A stretch of DNA of 64,000 nt from an uncultured cyanobacterium (GCA_963740315.1 CAVUDP010000002.1:1504001-1568000); one strand, 5' to 3'; numbered from the stretch's first letter, positions 1-10,014 are shown. Notes: generated by a model from the letters alone, not told the origin. Numbers and translations: made by a program.

Positions 1-211
1 AGGTTCTACGTGCCGACTTTAGTCCTTTAATAAATTTGTAGGATATTTACGTTTTGCATCAATTATTCAACCCGCTTGGGGTTGCAAACCCCAAGCTAAT
101 AGCATAAGTCCATTAAAATGGACTAAAAGTATTTATTAGATAAAATTAAAAGATTATGGGGCTATCAAATTTAATAGATATTCATCAGTTTATCAATTAT
201 TCTTTAGAAAG

Positions 212-290
212 GTAGGTTGGGTTAGACACGAAGATTAATTTTGAATGTAATGAGAATTTATTAGAATCTCCTGGGCTTCGGTCGATCGTA
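212..290. repeat. GTAGGTTGGGTTAGAC-family palindromic (REP/REPIN-like) dispersed repeat, partial copy
   Basis: GTAGGTTGGGTTAGACACGA followed by an internal sequence nearly identical to the copy at 1402. Confidence 0.8.
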
Positions 291-327
291 TCTATCCATT
301 TTTATTTTCAATAGTAATGCTGTTCAA

Positions 328-960
328 CTAAGCCGCTATTCCTTGATCAAATCGAGTCCAAGCCTCAACCCGATCTGCGATCGCAACACATTCAGTGAAA
401 AAATCAATATTCAATTCTGGGACAAGAATCGAAATCTGTATCTGCTCGTACCCGTAGGTTTCGAGGAACTTCGCCGGAACTTTTTCCCGTAGATAATAAA
501 GACGAAACTGATTGTCTTTCCAAAACCAAACTTCTTTCACTCCCAATCGGAGATAAGTTTCGAGCTTTTTAATACTGCCGGTGGTAATCGTTACTTCTAT
601 GGCTAAATCGGGAATATCTTTCTTGTCACCTATGCAGTAGCATTCATCCGGCTCACCACCAGCTTTCTTTAAGCGATTTTTTAACGTGGTGCTGCCCATC
701 GGAGTATGTTTTATTCCCTTTTTGCAAAAATAAAATTCCAGAAGAAATCCGATGCGGGATTTAACCGTTTCATGCTTTTGTGATGGGGACACAATTTCTA
801 ATATTTCATCGAGGTAAGTAACACGATAATGGGAATTGTCTTCTAATTTGCTCAGAAGCTTTTCAAAGCTTTCCCAACTGACACCACTAATAGTCAGCCG
901 CTCTTCGGGATCTGAGGCAAAACTTTCTGGTTCTTCTATGATTTCCTGTAAGCTTACCAT
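328..960 (-). CDS. Uma2 (DUF820) family PD-(D/E)XK putative endonuclease
   Basis: 210 aa with typical Uma2 motifs: 'SGVSWESF', 'SPSQKHE', 'EPDECY...PDLAIEV', 'YLRLGVKEVW'. Confidence 0.9.
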   Translation of the reverse strand: MVSLQEIIEEPESFASDPEERLTISGVSWESFEKLLSKLEDNSHYRVTYLDEILEIVSPSQKHETVKSRIGFLLEFYFCKKGIKHTPMGSTTLKNRLKKAGGEPDECYCIGDKKDIPDLAIEVTITTGSIKKLETYLRLGVKEVWFWKDNQFRLYYLREKVPAKFLETYGYEQIQISILVPELNIDFFTECVAIADRVEAWTRFDQGIAA

Positions 961-1134
961 TTGTTTTATCCTTATATCAGCAGCAAGTTCAGCGGCTCTC
1001 GATTTATTTTATCTCCGAAAAAGCCGATTAATCTCACTGCTAAACACTACCGCGTTTTAACGGGAGTCCTATTCTAGCAATCGTTTTGACCATTGATTGG
1101 CTAAAATATACTTAATCTTTCTCCACAAAACGCT

Positions 1135-1265
1135 ATGCAAATCGTTTTACCACCTGAAGTAGAAGATGGGAGGCTTCAAAAGAAGGTAAAGTTGTTGATG
1201 GTTCGACTGCAATGGCACAGATTCGAGTCAACTTGCATTCTAATCATACTGCTTTGGAAGAATGA
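1135..1265 (+). pseudogene. ParD-like antitoxin remnant (internal deletion/frameshift)
   Basis: Starts MQIVLPPEVE, then in another frame GWEASKEGKVVDGSTAMAQIR...EE*; its stop overlaps the next ATG (ATGA coupling). Confidence 0.65.
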
Positions 1266-1363
1266 CTCCGCAATTTTGTCTTACTGAACCTGCCATTAAA
1301 GATATTGAGCAGATTGTTAACTATATTGCAAATAAAGCTGGTTTGCAGCAATCTGAGCCTTAA
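1262..1363 (+). pseudogene. ParE/RelE-like toxin, truncated N-terminus
   Basis: MTPQFCLTEPAIKDIEQIVNYIANKAGLQQSEP* resembles a ParE N-terminus (LT..A..D+..I..YIA) but stops after 33 aa. Confidence 0.7.
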
Positions 1364-1401
1364 CTTTAGAAATACAATTAAAATAAAAAATTTAGTTAAT
1401 C

Positions 1402-1473
1402 GTAGGTTGGGTTAGACACGAAAATCAATTTTGATTGTAATGAGAATTTAAGTTTTCGTGTCGTAACCCAACA
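1402..1473. repeat. GTAGGTTGGGTTAGAC-family palindromic repeat
   Basis: GTAGGTTGGGTTAGACACGAAA...TTTCGTGTCGTAACCCAACA inverted arms; a further half copy starts at 1581. Confidence 0.85.
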
Positions 1474-1498
1474 TTTTGCATTTAAAAGAAATATAAAA

Positions 1499-1556
1499 GG
1501 TTCGTAGTCAGGACTTTAGTCCTTAAATTAAGAGGGCTAAAGCCCTTACTACGAAC
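1499..1556. repeat. GGTTCGTAGT...ACTACGAAC palindromic repeat family
   Basis: GGTTCGTAGTCAGGACTTTAGTCC...GGGCTAAAGCCCTTACTACGAAC; related copies near 1, 15753, 16688, 37117, 43117 and 43574. Confidence 0.8.
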
Positions 1557-1623
1557 TTTTATTAATAGCTTTTTAGAAAGGTAGGTTGGGTTAGACACGA
1601 TTTGCAATCCTATTCCCTTATAA

Positions 1624-2025
1624 ATGACAACACTACTTGAAACCAAACGCTTAATCATTCGCAGATGGATTCCTGAAAATAAACAAAGCAATAATACTAC
1701 AACTGGGGCTTGGGCAATTGTAGAAAACGATTCTGAGAGATGCAGCTACCCGATGAAAGTCAGCCTACACAAGATGGCGGAAGTTGGCTGGCATCTGAGA
1801 AAAGCTTCTTGGGGTAAAGGCTATGCAACCGAGGCAGCAAGGAAAATAATTAATTACGGGTTTAATATTTTACAGTTATCAGAAATTTATGCAGTGGTGA
1901 AACCGGAAAATCATGCTTCGGTTAAAGTCACTCAACGACTGGGTATGAAACATGAAGGGAATTACAAATCGGTATTACGATGGTGTAGAACTTTTATTAT
2001 TCAAATTAGAACCGCAAGAAAATAA
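1624..2025 (+). pseudogene. GNAT (RimJ/RimL) N-acetyltransferase, degenerate
   Basis: 'LETKRLIIR', 'EVGWHL..WGKGYATEAA', 'PENHAS..V..RLGM' present. The central part is deleted, and family-like segments (QLPDESQPTQD; GITNRYYDGVELLLFKL) lie in other frames. Confidence 0.7.
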
Positions 2026-2069
2026 ATCGAAAATGCGCTTCAATGATGTAGGGATGTAGTGGTTTCGGC

Positions 2070-3632
2070 TTGATTAATTCAGTGATGACTCAAAAACAGT
2101 CTTTTTCTTGGTTTAAAGTTGGCATGGTAGCCGTGTTTCTGCTGTCAGTTGCCTTAAGATTTTGGGGATTGGGACGATTTAACACCCTGGTATTTGATGA
2201 AGTTTACTACGCTAAGTTTGCTCAAAACTATCTGAGTCAAACTTCATTTTTTGACGGACATCCACCATTAGGAAAATATATCATTGCTATTGGAATGTGG
2301 CTGAGTGATTATTTTCCTTTTGGGCAAGATACGGTAAATGTTCTTACGGGTGTACCACGTTCCCCTTGGAGTTATCGGTGGATAAATGCCTTGTTTGGTG
2401 CTTTTATTCCGCTTATTGTTGCTGGAATTGCCTATCAATTAAGTTATCGTCGTAGCTTTGCTTTTTTGGCTGGTTTATTTACAGCTTGCGACGGTATATT
2501 TTTGGTTGAGTCTCGCTATGCTTTAATTAATCAGTATATAGTCATTTTTGGATTATTAGGACAATGGTTGTTATTAATCGCTTTAGGGAATACGAAAAAA
2601 CAACGAAAGTTTTATTTAATACTTTCTGGAATTAGTTTTGGTGCGGCGATCGCTACAAAATGGAATGGATTATTCTTTTTGATCGGCGTATATTTAAGCT
2701 GGATGCTTGCTTGGTTGAAGCAACATTTTGCGGCTAAAGATACGGTAATTAGTACAAAAAGTGTTTTAGAAAATGCTTCATCTTATCCTTCCACAACAGA
2801 ATTAAGACATACCACTACATTCGCCGTACCCGAACAAAGTACAAACAAACCTTTACTGTTACCGCTGCAAAAAATCGGTCAACTGAAGATTTTTACCGCT
2901 GCATTTTACTTAGGAATAATCCCGCTGATAACCTATAGCTTAATTTGGATACCCCATATTATTCAAAATCCTAAATACAATTTTATAGGAGTACATCAAC
3001 AAATTTTATCTTTTCACAATCGTCTTGGTGGTAATACTTCTAACGTACATCCTTACTGTGCAGCTTGGTATAAATGGCCATTGTTAACTCGTCCAATTGC
3101 TTATTTTTACCAAAGAGCATCCAATGCAACTGAACCCGTATCAATTATCGGACCACCTTTACCATCAAATACGGGTAAAGTCATATATGATGTTCATGCG
3201 ATGGGCAATCCATTGTTATGGTGGTTTGGATTTGCTGCCCTAATAGTTTTAATTGTTGCAGTTTTATTAAAACAGATAATCATTCCTTCAATTCAACAAA
3301 AACGTTTGTCTTTTAATTCGTCATTTTCTGTTGATACTGGCATTGCTTTATATTTAATTTTAAATTATGCTGCTAACTTACTACCTTGGGTAAAAGTTAA
3401 TCGTTGCGTTTTCATATATCATTATATGACTGCTGTGGTTTTCGCATTTCTGGCTTTAGCTTGGCTGATAGATAAATGCTTGCGTAGTTATTATATCGAA
3501 CTCCGGGCTTTTGGACTGACAATTACTTTACTAATTATTATCGCTTTTGTTTTTTGGATGCCGATATATTTAGGTTTACCTCTCTCGGCTGATGCTTATA
3601 ACTTGCGGATGTGGTTTAATTATTGGATTTAA
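2070..3632 (+). CDS. Dolichyl-phosphate-mannose-protein mannosyltransferase (PMT/GT39-like) membrane glycosyltransferase
   Basis: 'FDEVYY', 'FFDGHPPLGK', 'HPY...WYKWP', 'FIYHY', many TM segments; ATG at 2085 may be the real start. Confidence 0.9.
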   Translation: MINSVMTQKQSFSWFKVGMVAVFLLSVALRFWGLGRFNTLVFDEVYYAKFAQNYLSQTSFFDGHPPLGKYIIAIGMWLSDYFPFGQDTVNVLTGVPRSPWSYRWINALFGAFIPLIVAGIAYQLSYRRSFAFLAGLFTACDGIFLVESRYALINQYIVIFGLLGQWLLLIALGNTKKQRKFYLILSGISFGAAIATKWNGLFFLIGVYLSWMLAWLKQHFAAKDTVISTKSVLENASSYPSTTELRHTTTFAVPEQSTNKPLLLPLQKIGQLKIFTAAFYLGIIPLITYSLIWIPHIIQNPKYNFIGVHQQILSFHNRLGGNTSNVHPYCAAWYKWPLLTRPIAYFYQRASNATEPVSIIGPPLPSNTGKVIYDVHAMGNPLLWWFGFAALIVLIVAVLLKQIIIPSIQQKRLSFNSSFSVDTGIALYLILNYAANLLPWVKVNRCVFIYHYMTAVVFAFLALAWLIDKCLRSYYIELRAFGLTITLLIIIAFVFWMPIYLGLPLSADAYNLRMWFNYWI

Positions 3633-3633
3633 T

Positions 3634-3668
3634 CAGTTACCAGTTACCAGTTACCAGTTACCAGTTAC
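3634..3668. repeat. Heptamer tandem repeat (CAGTTAC)n, STRR type
   Basis: Five tandem CAGTTAC units directly after the stop codon. Confidence 0.9.
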
Positions 3669-4069
3669 AAAACCCGACATAATAATCCGATCGCATTCTT
3701 AAATTTCGGAGCGAGAATTTAGAAACTGGGTTTTTTGGCTTAAATTTTTACAGATCATATGAGATAACTATATATAAATTATTATTTTTAAATATATTTT
3801 GATAAAAATTATTAAAACGTTAATTAAAACGAATGATTTTTTGATAATTCTTATCGGTACTATAGATAATAGTCTGTTATATTTGAAAAGTTAAATTGGT
3901 TGATTTAAAAATTAAATAATATAGAATTATTGAGAAAGTTATAGGGCTTTTTGGTTGAGTTTAATGCAAATCTGTCTTAAACCTACAAAAATATATACTA
4001 AATTCGGTTAAAAATATAGCGAATATTTCGATGAATTAGTAACGAGAATAAACATATCAGAGTTTTATT

Positions 4070-5695
4070 GTGATCAAAAATTCAAACCTAACTCCTTCAG
4101 ATTTAACTTTATTAAAAGAACCAGTAATTCATTTAGGTAGTCAAATCCAGAGTCATGGTGTATTGCTCGTTCTTCAAGAACCATCACTAGATATTTTACA
4201 AGTTAGTCGTAATGCTGCTTCGATTCTCGATCTTCCTCTAGAAACGCTATTAGAAAAGAATTTAGAAGATTTATTAGACCCTTATCAAATTGGGAGAATC
4301 AAATCTCGTTTAGCAGAAGATGCTCTAGACTTTACTAATCCGACAAAAATTTGGGTTAAAAAAAGTAGAGAAGACTATGCTGTATTTGATGCGGTATTTC
4401 ATCGCAATTCGGAAGGAATTTTAATTTTAGAATTAGAACCAGCAATTTCTGAAGATAATGTTCCTTTTTTAAGTTTTTATCATTTAGCTAAAGCTTCTAT
4501 TAATAAGTTACAAGAATCTGCCAGCCTTGAGGATTACTGTCAAATTATTGCAGAAACAGTACGAAAAGTCACCGAGTTTGATAGGGTGATGCTTTATAAA
4601 TTCGATCGTGATGGGCATGGCTGCGTAGTTGCTGAAGATAAAGTCGAAAGTATAGAGCCTTATAAGGGTTTGAATTTCCCAGAATCGGATATTCCTAAAC
4701 CTGCGAGAAAAATGTTTCTTTCTAATTTGATTAGATTGATACAAGACTCTCAAGAGGAACCTGTAGATATATTTCCAGTTTTAAATCCAGTTACAGAACG
4801 TCCGATTGATTTAAGTAGTTCTACTTTGAGAAGTCCTTATCCCTGTCATGTAGAATATTTACATAATATGGGTGTGGGTGCTTCTTTAACTATTTCTTTG
4901 ATTAAAGAAGGTAAACTTTGGGGCTTAATTGCTTGTCACCATCCAACACCGAAATTTGTTTCCTTTGAATTGCGAAAAGCCTGCGAATTCTTGGGAAGAA
5001 TGATATTTAGTGAAATTTCCACGAGAGAACAAACTCAAGATTGCGACTATCGGATCAAGTTAAATGATATTCAATCTAGTTTGATTGATTGTATATCTCA
5101 AGAAGATAATTTTATTGCTGGTTTAATCAAGCATCAGTCTAATTTATTAGATTTAACTAGCGCTCGTGGTGCAGCAATTTGTTTTAGTGGAAATTACACT
5201 TTAATTGGTGAGACTCCCGCAGAAGAAGATTTAAATGGTTTAGTTACCTGGTTGCAAAAAAACGTTGACGAGGAAGTTTTCTATACAGATTCTCTGGCTG
5301 AAAATTATCCAGATGCGGAAAAGTTTAAAAATATTGCAAGTGGCTTATTAGCGATTCCAATTGGTAAACGAAATTATGTATTATGGTTCCGTCCGGAAGT
5401 AATTCAAACGGTTAATTGGGGAGGAAATCCCAATGAAGCATTTGAAGTTAACGAATCGGAAGGAAATTTACGTTTATGTCCGCGCAAGTCTTTTGAATTA
5501 TGGAAAGAAACCGTTCGTTTAACCTCTTTACCTTGGCAACCTGTTGAAATCAAAGCAGCATTAGATTTGCGGAGAGCTATAGTTAATATTGTATTAGAAC
5601 AAGCTGAAGAATTAGCCTTGTTAGTAGCAGAATTAGAAAGTTTTGATGGTGGAAAAAATTTGCTGACGTTGCTGCTTGCTGTTATTAAAGACTGA
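4070..5695 (+). CDS. Cph1/AphA-type phytochrome photosensory module (PAS-GAF-PHY) without histidine kinase
   Basis: 'IQSHGVLL', 'FDRVMLYKF', 'ESDIP', 'LRSPYPCHVEYL' (bilin Cys), 'WFRPE...WGGNP', 'PRKSF'; the protein ends at the start of the HisKA helix. Confidence 0.9.
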   Translation: MIKNSNLTPSDLTLLKEPVIHLGSQIQSHGVLLVLQEPSLDILQVSRNAASILDLPLETLLEKNLEDLLDPYQIGRIKSRLAEDALDFTNPTKIWVKKSREDYAVFDAVFHRNSEGILILELEPAISEDNVPFLSFYHLAKASINKLQESASLEDYCQIIAETVRKVTEFDRVMLYKFDRDGHGCVVAEDKVESIEPYKGLNFPESDIPKPARKMFLSNLIRLIQDSQEEPVDIFPVLNPVTERPIDLSSSTLRSPYPCHVEYLHNMGVGASLTISLIKEGKLWGLIACHHPTPKFVSFELRKACEFLGRMIFSEISTREQTQDCDYRIKLNDIQSSLIDCISQEDNFIAGLIKHQSNLLDLTSARGAAICFSGNYTLIGETPAEEDLNGLVTWLQKNVDEEVFYTDSLAENYPDAEKFKNIASGLLAIPIGKRNYVLWFRPEVIQTVNWGGNPNEAFEVNESEGNLRLCPRKSFELWKETVRLTSLPWQPVEIKAALDLRRAIVNIVLEQAEELALLVAELESFDGGKNLLTLLLAVIKD

Positions 5696-5699
5696 AGAG

Positions 5700-5842
5700 T
5701 CAGGGATTGGGAGTTAGGAGTTAGGAGTTGGGAGTTATGAATTGGGCATAGGGCATGGGGCATCGGGCATTGATAGAAGTTACGAGTTATATTCTCCTTG
5801 TCTCCCCATCTCCCCCTCTCCCCATCTCCCCATCCCCCATCC
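5700..5842. repeat. STRR-type heptamer tracts (GGAGTTA / GGGCATN / CCCCATC)
   Basis: Degenerate tandem heptamers between the phytochrome and AraC genes. Confidence 0.8.
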
Positions 5843-5879
5843 CTTAAAATAAAGAAGGGTTCCAAAAAGAGGGGATATC

Positions 5880-6743
5880 GTGTCAAAACCGAAAGAAGCT
5901 CCGAAAACTCAACTTCCTTCTTTGACTAAAACAGCTTCTTGGGATGGTGTTAATGTTGAATATGGTTTGTTAGATGCTGTGGGTGAGTTTGATTTTGCGA
6001 TGCCCAAGCAGGCTATCAGTATTGCTTTTGCACCCCACGATCGCGTAACTTGGTCGGTTGATGGGGGTTCGAGTCAAACCACTGCATTGCCCGCAGGAAG
6101 CGCATTTGTTTATGGCGATCGCAACTTTGTTTGGCACAAGCGGGAAAGATGCAGCGAATATATCAATATAATGCTCGAACCTGAGTTTTTACAGCAAGTC
6201 GCTTCAGAAAACGGTATATCTACACCTGTTGAAATCCAGCACAAAGTTATTTTTCTCGACTCTACTATTCTCCATGTCGGGCAATTGATGAAATTGGAAG
6301 TTCTCAACGGTGGGGTTGCAGGAAAACTTTATACGGAATCGCTGCGGAATTTACTGGCGGTTCACCTGTTGAGGAATTATACGGGTACGAGTGAAAAGCA
6401 GGAATTATCAGATGGTGCGCTTGATGGTTTGAAGTTGCAGCAAGTAAAAGATTTTATTGAAGATAATTTAGCAGAAAAACTGACAATAAGCGATATGGCT
6501 GCGGTAGTGCATATGAGTCAGTTTCATTTTGCTCGCGTTTTTAAAGCCGCAACTGGTGAGTCACCCCATCGTTATGTGACGCAAAGACGCATGGAAAGAG
6601 CAAAAGTTTTATTGAATGTGACTAAATTTCCGGTAGCAGAAATAGCTTATCGCGTCGGTTTTTATAATCCCAGTCATTTTACTTCGCAGTTTCGGAAATT
6701 GATGGGGATGACACCGAAAAAGTATCGGGATGGTAATGGGTAA
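5880..6743 (+). CDS. AraC family transcriptional regulator
   Basis: C-terminal 'MSQFHFARVFK...SPHRYV...IAYRVGFYNPSHFTSQFRKLMGMTPKKYR'. Confidence 0.92.
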   Translation: MSKPKEAPKTQLPSLTKTASWDGVNVEYGLLDAVGEFDFAMPKQAISIAFAPHDRVTWSVDGGSSQTTALPAGSAFVYGDRNFVWHKRERCSEYINIMLEPEFLQQVASENGISTPVEIQHKVIFLDSTILHVGQLMKLEVLNGGVAGKLYTESLRNLLAVHLLRNYTGTSEKQELSDGALDGLKLQQVKDFIEDNLAEKLTISDMAAVVHMSQFHFARVFKAATGESPHRYVTQRRMERAKVLLNVTKFPVAEIAYRVGFYNPSHFTSQFRKLMGMTPKKYRDGNG

Positions 6744-6800
6744 TTGGTGATTAAAAAGTATTTCATCTCAACCAATTCTAAAACTACTTATCTGCTTCCA

Positions 6801-7913
6801 CTAAAGCGACTCATTCAAACCTTCTTCGGAAGCACCAGCTTGACGCAGCAACTGCTGTACCGTCCAATCCGACAACATCATGGCTGTATTCCCTTCGTTG
6901 TCTCGGATGTTGACATCGGCACCTACTTCAATCAACGCTTTTACAGAATCAGCATTATTACAAGCTACAATCATTGCCGTTTCACCGTTATCATTGCGTA
7001 TATTGGGATTGGCTCCCCGATTAACCAAAAACTTAATTACTTCAGCCCGATTAGAAGCAAAAAAGCTGCTAGCAATGCACATTAAAGCAGTTGTACCTTC
7101 TTCAAACTCTTCCTCGCTACCAAGATTTGGATCGGCTCCTGCATCGAGCAATGCTTCCATTACGCTTTTATGTCCGTACATTGCAGCCAACATCAGCGGA
7201 CTTTTACCACATTCGGTGATTGCGTTTGCGTCTGCACCTGCTGCAATTAATTGCTCAACTTTGGTTAACTTTCCGTACATTGCAGCAGTACCCAGTTTTT
7301 CTAACGGAGATAATGCTTCATCCTCATCTTCCCGATCATCTTCCATCATTTGAGCCATACCAGCCGAAGCAAGCCCGCTCGTGAATTGCACTAAACCATG
7401 TCCGAAATTGGATTCCTGACGGATTGAATATTCATCCACCATTTGAGCGATCGCTAATAAATCGTCAAATATCGGTTGCGCTTCACCACAGCGTTTTTCC
7501 AAATCTTTAACGTAATCTAAATGCTGCGATAAAAGTTCTACAACATTCAAACCGGGCAAGGAAACGCGAAATAATCCTTGCTCTTCATAAGCATTTTGAA
7601 TAACTTTTACCGTGGTGGTTGTTAAATAGCTATTATCGGCAAATCTACAAACGCAATCGATTCCCTGCAAGCCAGATTCTTGCGACATCACAGAAATAGC
7701 AGTACGTTTATCTGAACTAACGTATGCATAAATTTCCCCAAGGGGAAATTGCGAGCAAGTTAGTTTTCCTAGATAAACAATATCTTGCGCGAGCAGTTGT
7801 CCGACTTCTTGAATGCTCGGATGTACATTTTCTGGTAGCTTTTCATATTCTGTACCAAAGTAATTTCCAGTTTGTCCGCTATAAAGCAAAGGAATCGGTT
7901 GTTCTGTACTCAT
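6801..7913 (-). CDS. Ankyrin repeat protein (C-terminus probably frameshifted/truncated)
   Basis: Ankyrin repeats 'GKSPLMLAA..GH', 'GTTALM', 'GETAM', 'GNTAM'; helix-like 'VALVEA' continues in another frame across the stop. Confidence 0.8.
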   Translation of the reverse strand: MSTEQPIPLLYSGQTGNYFGTEYEKLPENVHPSIQEVGQLLAQDIVYLGKLTCSQFPLGEIYAYVSSDKRTAISVMSQESGLQGIDCVCRFADNSYLTTTTVKVIQNAYEEQGLFRVSLPGLNVVELLSQHLDYVKDLEKRCGEAQPIFDDLLAIAQMVDEYSIRQESNFGHGLVQFTSGLASAGMAQMMEDDREDEDEALSPLEKLGTAAMYGKLTKVEQLIAAGADANAITECGKSPLMLAAMYGHKSVMEALLDAGADPNLGSEEEFEEGTTALMCIASSFFASNRAEVIKFLVNRGANPNIRNDNGETAMIVACNNADSVKALIEVGADVNIRDNEGNTAMMLSDWTVQQLLRQAGASEEGLNESL

Positions 7914-8056
7914 GGGATTTTAAAATACAACTTAAAAATAAATATTTGTTTTAGGATAACCGGAATATATCTATAAATTCACTAAACATAATTATGAATT
8001 TCTGCTTCAGATTTTTCTAAAGGCTTGTAGTAAGGAATGCCCGTGCTATTCATAGG

Positions 8057-8439
8057 GTTAACCAAAAAGGAGCGGCTACAGGAAGCATTTATTTTGCAAC
8101 TAAAGCAGCAGTGCGATCGCTTGCTCGATCTTTGGCGGCTGAATTGGGCGATTACCTGCGGTAGAGCTTAGTCTAACGACTCACTGCGTGAACGCTTAAC
8201 GTCAGATTCGAGTTAATGCACTCAGCCCTGGTATTGTAAGAACTGAGTTTCAGAGCAAGCTTGATTTACCGAAAGAAGTATTTGATGGATTTATCGATGC
8301 AGTTGTGCAAACAGCACCTTTACACAGAGAGGGAGAAGCAATCGAAATTGCTAAAGCTGCGGTATTTCTTGCTAGCGATGATTCTTCTTATATGACAGCT
8401 AGCGATATGGTGGTTGATGGTGGCTATATGAATGTTTGA
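8057..8439 (+). pseudogene. SDR oxidoreductase C-terminal remnant interrupted by a 47-bp insert
   Basis: VNQKGAATGSIYFATKAAVRSLARSLAAELGD / [8153-8199 insert] / RQIRVNALSPG...AVFLASDDSSYMTASDMVVDGGYMNV*; no N-terminus. Confidence 0.85.
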
Positions 8440-8511
8440 ACAAACTGTTTCTATGACGAAAATCCGATAATCTGCTAATTATTCCCATCGAAAAATTAAG
8501 GAATTAAAACA

Positions 8512-9213
8512 ATGAGTAAACCAGTTTGTGTAGTAATTGGTGTTGGTGCGGGTAACGGTGAATCTTTTGCTCGTAAATTTGCGGGTGAAGGTTATCAAGT
8601 GGCAATGTTAGCCAGGAATATCGATTATTTGCAGAAATTAAGTAAAGAAATACCTTCTGCTAAAGCTTATCAATACGACGTTACAGAAATTGATAAAGCA
8701 GCAGAATTATTCAAAAAAATTGAATCGGAAATGGGTACAGTATCCGTCTTAGTTTACAATGCCGGTGCTGGTGCTTTTGCCAACATCGAAGATGCGACTG
8801 TAGAAGATTTTCAACGAGCTTGGGAAGTTAATGCAAGGGGTTTATTTGCTGTTGCTAAACAGGTTATTCCCCAAATGCGTAAAATCGACGGAGGTAATAT
8901 TGTTATTATTGGAGCCACTGCATCTATTAAAGGTGGCGCGAATTTTACCCCATTTGCTTCAGCAAAAGCCGCTCAGCGAAGTTTAGCGCAATCGATGGCG
9001 AGATATTTAGATCCACAAAAGATTCACGTTTCTTATATTATCGTTGATGGTGTAATTAATTCCGAACGCACTCGGGGATGGATGCCAGATAAGCCGGAAG
9101 ATTACTTTATGAAATCCGATGATATTGCAGAATCGGTATTCTTTTTAACTCAACAACCGGATTCAGCTTGGACGTTTGAGTTAGATTTACGACCTTTTGG
9201 AGAGAAGTGGTAA
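8512..9213 (+). CDS. SDR family NAD(P)-dependent oxidoreductase
   Basis: 'VIGVGAGNG', 'YNAG', 'GATAS..G...F..FASAKAAQRSLAQS', 'AWTFELDLRPFGEKW'. Confidence 0.92.
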   Translation: MSKPVCVVIGVGAGNGESFARKFAGEGYQVAMLARNIDYLQKLSKEIPSAKAYQYDVTEIDKAAELFKKIESEMGTVSVLVYNAGAGAFANIEDATVEDFQRAWEVNARGLFAVAKQVIPQMRKIDGGNIVIIGATASIKGGANFTPFASAKAAQRSLAQSMARYLDPQKIHVSYIIVDGVINSERTRGWMPDKPEDYFMKSDDIAESVFFLTQQPDSAWTFELDLRPFGEKW

Positions 9214-9421
9214 AGGTTGGGAGTTAAGAGTTAGGAATTAGGAGTTAGGAGTTAGGAGTTAGGAGTTAATTTTTTATTGTTCCCTGTTCACTGTTCACTG
9301 TTCACTGTTCCCTGTTCCCTGTTCCCTCTTACTTACTTTTAAGTGCCTACTTTACTTTGGTAAACAATTTTATTAAAGTCATTCAGTGGAAACACTTGTC
9401 TAACAATAATAAAAAATACCG

Positions 9422-10009
9422 ATGTCTAAGATTGCGATCGTTTATTTTTCTGGAATGGGACATACCCATTTGATGGCTGAAGCTGTTGCTGCGGGTGCTA
9501 AAAAGGTTACAGATAGTACTGTTGACTTATTGCGTATCACTGGCGAGCAAATTACCGATGGGCGTTGGCAAGATGATGCAGCGATCGCAAAGCTGAATCA
9601 AGCTGATGCGATTATATTTGGTTCACCGACATATATGGGTGGTGTTGCAGGACAGTTTAAATGTTTTATTGATGGTGCAGGGGTTTGGTTTGAGCAGAAG
9701 TGGAAGGATAAAATCGCGGGGGGTTTCACTCACTCAAGTTCCCCTAGCGGTGATAAGCAGGGAACTTTGCTTTATTTAGCAACTCACGCAGCACAGCAAA
9801 GTATGATTTGGGTAAATGTTGGCGATTTACCAAGTAGTTATCAGGGTAAAGATGATGGTGTTAACCGCTTGGGTGGATTTATGGGAGTCATGGGACAATC
9901 TGCACTCGATATGAGCGGTAAACCACCAGAAATTGATAATGGCGATCGCCTCACCGCCGAAAGATATGGTGAAAGGGTTGCAATCGCGACTCAAAGATGG
10001 CAAAAATAA
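9422..10009 (+). CDS. WrbA-like flavodoxin-fold NAD(P)H:quinone oxidoreductase
   Basis: 'YFSGMGHT', 'FGSPTYMG', 'KDKIAGGF...SGDK'. Confidence 0.9.
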   Translation: MSKIAIVYFSGMGHTHLMAEAVAAGAKKVTDSTVDLLRITGEQITDGRWQDDAAIAKLNQADAIIFGSPTYMGGVAGQFKCFIDGAGVWFEQKWKDKIAGGFTHSSSPSGDKQGTLLYLATHAAQQSMIWVNVGDLPSSYQGKDDGVNRLGGFMGVMGQSALDMSGKPPEIDNGDRLTAERYGERVAIATQRWQK

Positions 10010-10014
10010 ACTAA

